From assembly GCA_021159015.1 (NCBI GenBank), contig JAGGSQ010000042.1, forward strand, positions 557 to 64,556: a stretch of 64,000 nt of DNA, read 5' to 3'. The notes below the pieces were generated by a model. It saw only the letters and a list, made by a program, of their open reading frames with translations. It did not search any database and had not been told where the DNA came from. The stretch comes from Candidatus Omnitrophota bacterium. GTDB taxonomy: Bacteria; Omnitrophota; Gorgyraeia; Duberdicusellales; Duberdicusellaceae. A program made the translations under genes and the position numbers. Positions within the stretch are counted from its first letter, which is position 1, and every line of letters begins with the position of its first letter. Positions 46,201 to 51,295 of this stretch are shown here, piece after piece.

Positions 46201-49200
46201 AATCCCTAATATTCCAGTATCATTTTTTGCGCGTAAAACAACCGATTGTGCGCCGTCAGCATCTGCATTACCAACCACATTTATCTTTGCATTATCTCCA
46301 ATATATGCTTCAGCAGTCGATACAACTGTCTTTTCATTAACAGCACCGGCAACTCCCGCTTTCCCCCCACCTGAACCAGCGGCAGAGAAAATTTTTAAAT
46401 CATCGTCAGCGCGGGCATCAAGCTGAATGCCCTCCACATTGTGCAATTCAATAGTAATCGGATCACTTCCCTTTGCCTTCGCTGTTACATCCGCCAATTC
46501 ATCAATGTAGGCTTTTATATTCTTTACTATATTAGCATTAAACGCAGAACCACCCACTCCGGCTGTGCCGCCGCCTGCAGCCGCACCTGCAACTCCGATT
46601 ATATCTGTATCGTCATCCGCATCAGCAAGGAGGTTTTTCTCGGTGCGAACCTTTGCCCTCTTTCCAATAAAAGAAGAAACATTGTTTGTTATCGTATAGC
46701 TTTCTCCTGCTCCTGTTAAACCTATCTTTCCCGCACCGCCAAAAGCGGCTGAAACAGGAATGATATTGTCGTCAGAAGACGATATCAAGGAAATGTTGCC
46801 TTGCGCTGTTATATCGGTATCGTCTCCCAAATAGGCAAGAATATCATTGTCCACTATGCCAAAATCTACAGCTCCGCCAATACCAACCTTCCCTGCTCCC
46901 ATAATTGCGACTGCTGCAGAAATGATTCTGTTGTAATTGTCTGCATTAACAAAAATGTTGTCTGCGGAACTAACTTTAGTGGATTTCGCCAAAGCTGCGA
47001 GGGTATCGTTTGAAATCCAATTCGTATTTGCCGCACCAGCCAAGGCGACTTTCTGCGAGCCACTTCCTCCTCCCGATATGGAAACGAGGGAATTCCCGGA
47101 ATCAGCATATATGTCTACATCCTTAGAAACTGTCAAATCAACCGCTTCAGCAAAAGCCTTAGTTGTTTTTGTAATATGGTTATGAGAAAAAACTCCCCCT
47201 AAACCAACTGTCTTTGCACCTGCTGCAGCAGCAGCAACTGAAAGCATCGTGGAAAGATTCTTTGCATTTATAATCACATCATTGCCGGCTGTAACATCTA
47301 CTCCATCAGATATATATGCCTGAACATCATCTGTAGCAAAATTTAAACCTGCATCGCCGGAGACTCCAAGCCCAAATTTAGAGCTGCTTTTTTCATTATC
47401 ATTGTTTTCTCCTGTTGCCTGGCCGCCGCTGGAATTGCCGCCTTTTATCTTAGCCCATATACTCTTAAAAAGGTTGCCCAGTTTATTCTTTATTCCAAAC
47501 TGTGCACCCGCAGCTCCAGCCAGAGAAAAACTGTAGCTATCATCCTTTGAAGAGGCATTCAGTATTAAATCATGACCGGCGTTAATCTCTCCTTTACTCA
47601 ATGACGAATCTTCCACATTACCTATAAATGCTTTGGCAACATTATCTATATCATTCCATGAAACACCGGCACCTATTCCAACGGTATCGCTTTTTGCCAC
47701 TCCTGCAACCACGTTAATGACAGAAACCTCGTTCTTAGCTTCAATATCCACATCATGTGACGCAGAGAGATCGGCGGTATCCTCCACATAAGCAAGCGCC
47801 GTATTCTCCAAATCAAGAGTATTAAAGGCTCCTGTGATGGTAAATTTATCAGAGTTCCCTCCGGCTTCGGCGACACTCAATTTTCTGTGGTGCGCTTCGG
47901 CATTTACCTTGATATCGTTTTTATCAGAAGTTTCGGAGGGATTCTTTTTCGCGTTTACTGCGGCGCCGTCTTTAATAGACGCTTTAGCGGTATTTCTGAA
48001 AACCCCTCCTACATATGAGCCTCCAACAGAACCTTCGCCGGTTGTCCCAAAACCTAAAGAAAAAATAGAAAAAAGCCCCGCGATATCAATCTCATCAATG
48101 GAACTATAGGCATTTACCAGGACACTCTGCTCAGGGCCATAAAATGCACTATCGGTATTTACCTTAGCCCCTTCATCTATATAAGCGTTAGAGATATTAT
48201 CGAGGTTTACAAAGGTTACCGCGCCAGCAATGCCAAGTTTGTCTCCACTTCCGCTGCACTGCGTATAAGTAGTGGATATCCTATTGGCAACACCAAAATT
48301 CAGGTTCAGGTAATCACTTAAAGTATTTAATGTCGTCCCTACTGCTTCAGAGATCGTTCCCACTCCAAAATCCCACACATTTTCAATAAACTCTCCCGTT
48401 GTATCGCCACTGTTGAATGTAGGCCAGTCATAGTCAAAACTCCATCCCTCAATCCACGTCATCTGGCTGGGAACAATCGATTCAGAAGAGACTGTAAGAG
48501 ATTTAGAGGCGTCGACTTTCGCATTCTTTCCTATATAAGCATCCGCTTCATTGTTATAGTCGCCGAAAGCAACCGCTCCTCCCACAGCAATAGTCCCGTC
48601 ACCGGCCGAACCAGACGCACTTATCTGATAATTGTCCTCGGCCCTTGAAGAGACATCAATATCTCCGGAGGCATCAACATCCGCACCGTCGGCTATATGA
48701 GAATCGGCTTTATTCTGGCTTTTTACAAAAGTTACTGCGGCAGCAAGGTCCAATTTTGCATTACTCTTTTCTTTGAGTTTTTTCTTCTTTATTTTCTCAT
48801 ATGTCTTGTTGGCAAGCGTCCCAACAACAGCCTTATTTTGCACGGGGTTGGTTGCCATGGCGGAAGTAGTAGCCTTATTTTTTACATTTATGGAATTCGC
48901 ATTGACAACAATATTATTAACTGATGAGACAGTGCCATTTAATGAAGCAGTGGCACTAGAATCCATATCACTAAATACCACAGAGGCGGCTGCACCAAAC
49001 TTGGAAGATTCCATATCAAATGTGCCCGAACTTACAAGAAAATTATTGTTATTTGACGCTATCACATTCACATCTTTTGCTTTTACAGAAACATTATCTT
49101 CAACAATTGCCCTGGAATTAGAAATTCCTTTCCCGTAAGTAAAACTGATATCCACACCTTTGCTCGAGGCAGAGCCCGCATAAGTCTTAAGTTTAAGCGT

Positions 49201-51072
49201 ATTGCTGGTGGCAGCCGCAACGGAAACAGAATTACCGGCATTTATCTTAGCTCCGCTATTTACCAGTGACTCGGCAACCGCCTCTGAACGGCCATATGCC
49301 ACACCCAAATACAAACCAATTGTAGTCATCTCCGCATTGGAATATGCCTGACTACCAATTATTATATCGTTATCGGCACTAAGAGTTGCCCCATCTCCTA
49401 TCTCTACCTTCGATTTAGCAGAAGATAAAACCGCCGCACCAAAAGCAGAAAACTCCAAGATAGCACTCTCATCTATATCATAACCAAGTTCACCCGGCAG
49501 GGATGAAACATCTTCACCAAGCTCCACCAACTTCGCCGTAGATGCCGTAGACGTAAGAGATATATTATTCGCTTTAATAAATGAAGAATCGCCTATATTA
49601 ATGCTGGCCTCGCTTGCTTTGAGTTTAAATCCCGGGGTTGCCGCCCATATCAAATCAACAATGTCCTTAGCAGAAAGAACCACATCCCCCCCAGAATAAC
49701 CGTTGTCAGCAAACGCAAGAAGATATACCCCATTTCCTATATTAATAGTAGGCGCGGAAAACTTGATATCGCCTGAATCCCCCTTTGAGGGCATAGATAA
49801 ATGGGCATTTTTTGTATCTCCGCCGGTAATATCCCTACTAGAAATAACGATATTATCAGAAACATTTATTGATTCGTCAGCCTGATAAATAATATCTGCA
49901 CCATAAGAGTATATATCGCCTGTAATATTTACCACATCCGGGTCAATCACAAAATTACCATTCATACCTGTATTGGAAGAAAGGTCGACCTTCAGACCAT
50001 CGATACCTACTCTCCCTTCAGCGCTTATATCAAGATTTCCTCCCTTGCCGTTAATTCTGCCGCCTTTTGCAGAAATTCGCACATTTCCGAAAATAGATGT
50101 ATCTCCAGCTGAAAAAACCCTGATATTCCCGCCGGAAAACTCTAATCCCCCATCGGCCTTAATAAAAGCATCCTTAGTTAAAACTGTATCTTGGCAGGAA
50201 TCAATAGACACTTTCCCGGCTTTCCCATCGCCGCTGGAACTCACATCAATAAGGCCCGAATTAACAGCAATACCGGCACTACCTACAAGTTTTATCACAC
50301 CATCTTCTTCTACAATCCGGGCTGCCTCAACTATGCCTTTCTTGTTTACTACCTCCTCTATCAGAGAGAATGCCTCCTCTTTGGGAATAGTAACTGTACC
50401 CGGCTTTCGGTCCATCCTGGGAATAACAAAATTTATCAGGCCCTGCTCATCAAAGCTCATACCGAAAGCAGTGGCACCGGCAATTACTACCTCTCCTGCC
50501 TGGGCAATAATTTCTCCTTCATTGGAAACCAAGGGAGAGACTAAAACCACAAAGCCGTTATTATCTACTTTGATACTTCCCCTGTTGACAACATAGGAAG
50601 GAACAAAACCTTGTTTCAGATTAAAGTTATATCTTCCGGCAAGAAAATCATCATTGGATATATCCAGGGTAGAAGCAACCAGCCCAGCAGCATCAACCCG
50701 CGCTGTTCTTCCAAAAAGAATTCCATTGGGATTGACCAAGAAAAGCCTGCCGTTGGCAGTTAATGTTCCAGATATGTTTGAGGGATCAGCCCCCACAACT
50801 CTGTTTAAGGCAACTGATGAAGAAGAAGGCTGGTGAAAATGGACGGCCTCCGGTCGGGCAATGCTGAAGGAATTATAATCAACAATGAGTTTAGCAGAGG
50901 AAGTATTGACATTCAAAGTATTAGTCTGGGACCTGTCAAAATTCGCAGATCCGGCTACTACTTCTTCTCCTTCAGGGAGACTATAGGAAGTAAACGGGTA
51001 AGCTAAAAGAATGAAGCTGAAAACAAAGATAAAGAAATTGTCCTTCTCTTTTCGATTGGGCTTCGTTTCCAT
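31267..51072 (-). CDS. Giant two-partner-secretion exoprotein (TpsA; filamentous haemagglutinin / LktA-like adhesin), about 6,600 aa
   Basis: Signal peptide ...AYPFTSYS|LPEG, TPS domain LNRVVG...LFLVNPNGILFG, and Gly/Ala/Ser/Asp-rich beta-helix repeats; adjacent to TpsB. ATG 51072 preferred over GTG 51093. Confidence 0.92.
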   Translation of the reverse strand: METKPNRKEKDNFFIFVFSFILLAYPFTSYSLPEGEEVVAGSANFDRSQTNTLNVNTSSAKLIVDYNSFSIARPEAVHFHQPSSSSVALNRVVGADPSNISGTLTANGRLFLVNPNGILFGRTARVDAAGLVASTLDISNDDFLAGRYNFNLKQGFVPSYVVNRGSIKVDNNGFVVLVSPLVSNEGEIIAQAGEVVIAGATAFGMSFDEQGLINFVIPRMDRKPGTVTIPKEEAFSLIEEVVNKKGIVEAARIVEEDGVIKLVGSAGIAVNSGLIDVSSSGDGKAGKVSIDSCQDTVLTKDAFIKADGGLEFSGGNIRVFSAGDTSIFGNVRISAKGGRINGKGGNLDISAEGRVGIDGLKVDLSSNTGMNGNFVIDPDVVNITGDIYSYGADIIYQADESINVSDNIVISSRDITGGDTKNAHLSMPSKGDSGDIKFSAPTINIGNGVYLLAFADNGYSGGDVVLSAKDIVDLIWAATPGFKLKASEASINIGDSSFIKANNISLTSTASTAKLVELGEDVSSLPGELGYDIDESAILEFSAFGAAVLSSAKSKVEIGDGATLSADNDIIIGSQAYSNAEMTTIGLYLGVAYGRSEAVAESLVNSGAKINAGNSVSVAAATSNTLKLKTYAGSASSKGVDISFTYGKGISNSRAIVEDNVSVKAKDVNVIASNNNNFLVSSGTFDMESSKFGAAASVVFSDMDSSATASLNGTVSSVNNIVVNANSINVKNKATTSAMATNPVQNKAVVGTLANKTYEKIKKKKLKEKSNAKLDLAAAVTFVKSQNKADSHIADGADVDASGDIDVSSRAEDNYQISASGSAGDGTIAVGGAVAFGDYNNEADAYIGKNAKVDASKSLTVSSESIVPSQMTWIEGWSFDYDWPTFNSGDTTGEFIENVWDFGVGTISEAVGTTLNTLSDYLNLNFGVANRISTTYTQCSGSGDKLGIAGAVTFVNLDNISNAYIDEGAKVNTDSAFYGPEQSVLVNAYSSIDEIDIAGLFSIFSLGFGTTGEGSVGGSYVGGVFRNTAKASIKDGAAVNAKKNPSETSDKNDIKVNAEAHHRKLSVAEAGGNSDKFTITGAFNTLDLENTALAYVEDTADLSASHDVDIEAKNEVSVINVVAGVAKSDTVGIGAGVSWNDIDNVAKAFIGNVEDSSLSKGEINAGHDLILNASSKDDSYSFSLAGAAGAQFGIKNKLGNLFKSIWAKIKGGNSSGGQATGENNDNEKSSSKFGLGVSGDAGLNFATDDVQAYISDGVDVTAGNDVIINAKNLSTMLSVAAAAAGAKTVGLGGVFSHNHITKTTKAFAEAVDLTVSKDVDIYADSGNSLVSISGGGSGSQKVALAGAANTNWISNDTLAALAKSTKVSSADNIFVNADNYNRIISAAVAIMGAGKVGIGGAVDFGIVDNDILAYLGDDTDITAQGNISLISSSDDNIIPVSAAFGGAGKIGLTGAGESYTITNNVSSFIGKRAKVRTEKNLLADADDDTDIIGVAGAAAGGGTAGVGGSAFNANIVKNIKAYIDELADVTAKAKGSDPITIELHNVEGIQLDARADDDLKIFSAAGSGGGKAGVAGAVNEKTVVSTAEAYIGDNAKINVVGNADADGAQSVVLRAKNDTGILGIGGSASGGGTAGVGASGDVDVLVKHTNSYIGKNAQVIAKKHIDISSTSKENVFSITAGAAGGGTAGIAGAASALVVVNNTLSFIDSYSDVESDGNILLLAQDDTDSNLFVGSGAGGGTAGVGGSVAANTIVNNTKAFIADGAYVVAKAKRDSSDVYDGDIDVPTLDLTVTLPDGNNFSFGIGELTDATKKTKQFKGLNINAFATEDLRNVVVGGSGGGTAGVAGTLSVNIVVNNTSAYIGKDAVINDTSDAGADQSVEINAFDYTGVNGYGGVVTGGGTAGVGGSADTSAIFKNTSAWVDERSKVKARKDIGIRADSLERISSMMAGLSGAGTAGVSGTVSFALIKSDTHAFTVSTDNKDDRVILEAGNDIRISASDESRIFQFSGIIGGGGTTGVGGSLTAVLLENDITAELGDFTESNARHKTSVAANSEENIDSFAVGGTGAGTAGVAGSLVLRIMDVDTHARIGRNSELNQNSAFAVSGQSIEVSSSDKVKVLGISGAAAAGGTAGVGGSLDLTVVKNRVIANIDADAKVYSEDGLTDADGVLVRSDSEKVIDSLSIAGTGAGTAAVAGAVSVVSVGAKFEDDVQNHLTGKDTEGNDVSTGDYVDQKGEAGISGQFGSIGDIEFTDSNGNTTSIEDFIEDKSSISVSGDMNQTSNEPLTDTAAYIGDGAEVKSKGEVNVLAKDALTVNMSAGSAMGAGTAAVGGAGAFMLSNNTTRAFIGDNARIDAKKLVSVNAESSERIIDATVSLGGAGTAAVAGSLLLNVINTGTYAYIDSGAEVNQDNAYKGNDQSVTVEADSKTVLTALGGTGGAAATAGIGATAVVNTVVKDTKASIGKSARVSAKKQIDIVTNVADDINSGAVSLQGAGVAAVGGVISTNTIVNSTESLIDEGAVVDSDGNIRIFSEDDSLINSLSGNGNIAGTAAVGGSVSINTLVKHTYARIADDAVVNARGNGDDMDVYTGEIDGNSDIAFVGGAVDKWNQMVDSVTSYNQTRTPVTEDGKKTRKMKGVSLTASSTEDIFSVTTGVGGAIVAGVTGSGAINTITTTTEASIGNDVKLNENNNGASSSQEVYLNSLDHSRVLSLTGVVAGAVKVGVGGGIATNIITKNVRSFIGGSDEARRADQKNIVKSKGNVSISAVSSDQVNNIIMNLSVGGIAGVGGAIAANVIANQVHSYIADKGKVDTDGDLLVKSKDDSYIDVTVGNGAFGIGGGVGGAVSVNVIANSTRSSIGDDALTNASGITDVFSDAVEDIEPIVIAGGAAGLVGVSGSINVDIIKSTTQSKIGDRAEINQDNSFYKSGQYVKVRSNDSAHISSKVGGGGVAAGIGAGGAADVNILRNSATAHIGNASKVKAYEDILVDAHTDKLVDSYTGSVGAGIMSGLSGSISISAVGGGLNYDARDSLGGSANGESGDSIEYADSVLDFNPIEEEENGFESDGKTHWSKGYKSTENVSQEFGDKNNAVKPSSDVDADGSQHPLSSTQAFIGSGAVVEAGRNLIVRASDTSHTRINAGGLSVAFQGGLSGAFAANILSNSTEAYIEDGAKTKAAEQTLVEADEDEQADTISISGGAAVFMGSARSNGITVIDSKTKAHINKNAVVNASCTDGNTVNVRAVSDSNINSVIGGGAGGLLEGVGSSYNACVVAKTTEAYFGEGSSVNALKGIKIDADSSEEIDDSSICFGVAAGAGQGIVAAVYSLNNNTIACIKDGASVDTDGSFMVNAKDDTALKSIAGSAGVSGVLGVGGSLNVNVITSNTRSYIADNVTVRAKGLYDSMDVYTGELADDGDPLTPITDDVKKTSARHGVFVTAFATEDILSDTTGLSVGTGNVSGAVGVEIIKTDTNAYIGNNVSINANEHSVSSQEVYVLAADHTRLVSSANTLSGGLVTSVGGSVDTGIFAKDTRAHIGNGSVVKSGGDITVQALSREDTEVATAALAGSLVGGMAGSVSVRCLSNSTDVYVGSDAHLDSGNNIRLFSSDRSTVDAKTGSASVGLGVAGFGGAVSVVTINNFTESHADSNTNLKSAKDVDINADSSETIDSVTVAGAGGGLTGVAGSVSVNVVTSKTHVYTKDGVNIDAGSDSSVKAEDTVNVSSKTGGGALSIGLGVGAGVDVDVIRTDTGAYLGTNNTVTADNLEIRAVSEKSVNSKVISASGGLACGITGAVSIVLAGADLSGDSRDESGNTASYSQEQASANKVDGYVDDVQGTDVKSDINNVSVESELNKSSSGSMSRTFAYMGDGSSADIENNLSITSSDSTDIDSYAGGFALGLLGIGGAFSSAKANIETTAGIGEEVDIDAGKISVYAEGKSDAYAESFAKTAGALSGVAAKAETVNVSTTEGYIGSGGNGKKIESDEFDVKADQETKFNSKTDSSAVSVVGKSGAWSSNKANALTTVDIGSNTQIKSDSVKIGASTTVWKPWLSDYNAISGSGGVFNGAAASGKTDVSVHTKVNIGNNAKIQMHDDADTTSDIEVSALNDLYLYDKVKLDAAGFISLAKSESFITAQPVDASINIGDGAFLKSLGDVKFFARTNADMKAQANTSTYGLASAGQGESKALADSDDTLIFGNNSEVIASKQMYLMAGADTDTVSLFSVKANTDVFNKTAFAYSGTPTADATARHNAGINIKSGSRIASGSHMYINAAKGLLFANGNGKASDASRYALEKLIELFGTDADGAFDTLGGHSVNEGKGSIILEGKLETGIYRDLFLTFGTNMFNPYYKKDDGTKGRYTIGYDAENGFWAVYNGENRLRILVPDQQSEGISWTVLTDQRIVDNIQQEIDRLENLKNQYGANSELAQDINTRINILKAQLNSQGNDEYVDIIKVNPAYAASGDVNIWGDYLVGTGEIIAPGDVKIRIINNSPLPIKLDSLTIPDDLGGKIKFNNHVVRDSSGISALNDGAPVGTVVNFTLQDAQDSLPPLIEVKNNFDKNSGVYNPDNIPDLSDPALFISGPINNINGMVSISNDTGSIIATSSIRADTIQLSAGGDFIFDSPETLYNIGPNPAAGFKYLAEAYENNWPVKPAYKGQSPSNSFQIAGNNIYINADTVNINGVIQSGLPDKAIVITQADVEAAYNEANRTGKRFVQILKVDESLDPSRRVVVGGISAELDARDNEIRILGAQVRGGLVFISGRIVSTGDGKINVLDGYGRINIDNQTSLPVVLKDVDTGGAEGQVILIDKAKDNGTGLSFVTRYERLGNQIRIFTNSGVNSTVATQLKSIATGRDAIYQPLENMRYFWMTGKATSSQTIKKWYKEHDKFLGFIPVSERHFSSSDYVSGYPKTRILSGDELPQGDFVGQKHAADYTYKRLTVTTKNDLIHQDDSEGTYWYWHPGSWWHPPYPAKKTWWRRTQIWDKGTNTYNYHSVKADLPIDVSFIGYDRGQVSVNSVGDIRLGGNLNNVGGVTNLTSSAGSILSKSSFSSVKSGEINLMANNGSIGKKDMYFKITHSGGNTLNALAGKNIYIESPNGDLFVTNLVTGSGSVGLIANDNLLLSNSISIIKGKNIYLEAKTGTIGAPLDVLRVDTDAANGGVIDVISAKGDINLMEVSGDLAIHKVSASGDVNIFAPGDIIDANSNEKADTRTKSELLALWNDMQLTGAGAENKKQSQWDAYSNTMNEAYKSYWSKERNLKRNSDGTYSWDAYDPNVEFHYSQSERDSLKKSGWSDKDIKDLENDMTDKYRTWGQTDFDPDFSYSLSDKEKDDLSSGYFWTQKQLEGGLPSFVLTKDTTLSIEDPNIVGRNVTVVAGGEIGKDKDDLIFVFSKNYTDAEIDEIKLAIASAERDDLEWGANQLVIHRREDLDVHASENVFLTATGHIFLGSEHDINVYALNAGDRVRVKVGGRIFNPRPDAFSNMVASNGIILEASNGQIGTVRSPVRIALSGDKPYVTARASGDIYLEKPLGDIYLDVINSGQKAWIKADTGSIFDWLDDSTTNIYADNIELNAFNSIGNPLGNAGALDVELTDANGVLNMHTNAGSANLFSNKDLNVGVSDIAQGLRIYSMGSLSIIGDTSAGDDVDFFSKGNMVFGANLNAKGKLVRLNPAGADILDTDNTSYIWADGLIMNNAGNVGAAGNDALDTRISYVAVNNGAGDIYISEVSSGGALSLKDISARSINISTTSGNLNLFSNYTITASGDVSLRSSDDIRLNGSVNAGSHAVTLNADGDIIDTSNDGKYLTAGTLNIMKANNVGSAGELNWLDIGVDTLNLSNVSGSAFIGEKDNVTLGNVSVGQALKLTALGKIAVDSVSCGTNADIRAYGAITDANGNSNNITAKDLKLRAESGIGENDAIETTVVNLDVVNTDNAVGIANTGTLNLLDLNNDGFSAVNTRGKLNISAASPLNVLSPVSSGGNITLLAAEDGGDDDILSVYANITSSGAGRIITLNSGSDFKQVSGNIITAGDIYINADYDGSGKGDIIQSNAFVNSSGLFATAAGNITMLHFNNDVNSLTARSKKAGNITFYDRDDIDLSKVIASNGSVTISALGKITATDVETSFTDNDANDISLTSIVSGIKAIWIDAGTKNDVFLTAKQGSITQDGVPARDVAADELHIDAQKGIDLDTRSNMLVADNSRMGNIVIDNTGGLYAKHVDNEGGDIHITTHSDLFVGDIQAKGDSDVYLNAASGSICDDLFVDPADTNYIRGDLVDLKAEDNIGDMSVFNGDIDIWANTINAVAGNDLYLEEMDGVTFNNISAGGRIGLTVHGPIVINRIISDGFINLLTPAGDITITGTVQSRKSGVRLTAENGSILAENAGPHVAAVKDSFLNAPNGKISPVGTPLNVSIKGDLYLDISNLSITYPTREIYGNLVGTITPLNTPILIPTRFPQPLNPPGFVYFNTKQIWSPKSNADYQRLAQLVVSRHKPFIAQYRHKFYNNPRYQQEAAKVKEDYFESLSGYRFASFEPATPLFYAYHPLTPTDTSAFDDIRLDVGAYEFIENSLKLKDKNKFYQYYEDQKKKEKRKRKTAFYQQSLPPFPAPS
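43400..46600 (-). repeat. About 17 degenerate G(G/A)GTA(G/A)V(G/A)G repeats inside TpsA, mostly 55-70 aa apart
   Basis: Counted by eye in the translation, e.g. GGGTAGVGGS, GAGTAGVAGS, GAGTAAVGGA. Confidence 0.8.
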
Positions 51073-51103
51073 AAGCCAATAGACAAAACACACTATCCGT
51101 TAC

Positions 51104-51192
51104 TTCGGCAGCTCGGCTATCCGTGGTATTAAACTTACCTTTAGATCCGCAGCTTTGCGTCCCCAGGTTGCCCTGGGTTTGCCTTTTCGGAA
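51104..51192 (-). ncRNA. Cyclic di-GMP-I (GEMM) riboswitch in the tpsA leader
   Basis: Minus strand CCGAAAAGGCAAACCCAGG-GCAA-CCTGGGGACGCAAAGCTGCGGATCTAAAGG...ACGGATAGCCGAGCTGCCGAAG matches the GEMM consensus (GGCAAAC, GNRA loop, GACGCAAAGC, CTAA receptor, GCCG). Confidence 0.92.
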
Positions 51193-51215
51193 CTGATTTT
51201 CAACAATAATAGTAT

Positions 51216-51248
51216 ATTATATATGCCATCGATTTCCTATTTTGTCAA
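51216..51248 (-). promoter_or_regulatory. Possible promoter upstream of the riboswitch and tpsA
   Basis: Perfect TTGACA (51243-51248) and TATAAT (51216-51221), but the spacing is 21 nt, which is non-canonical. Confidence 0.4.
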
Positions 51249-51295
51249 GGGAAGCCAGAAAATCTTTTTAAAGGTTTTTATTAAGTCTGCCTCAG

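Noticed and set aside
31267-51072. TpsA as a CdiA contact-dependent inhibition toxin
   Set aside because: No VENN or pre-toxin motif, no recognisable C-terminal toxin and no adjacent small immunity gene.
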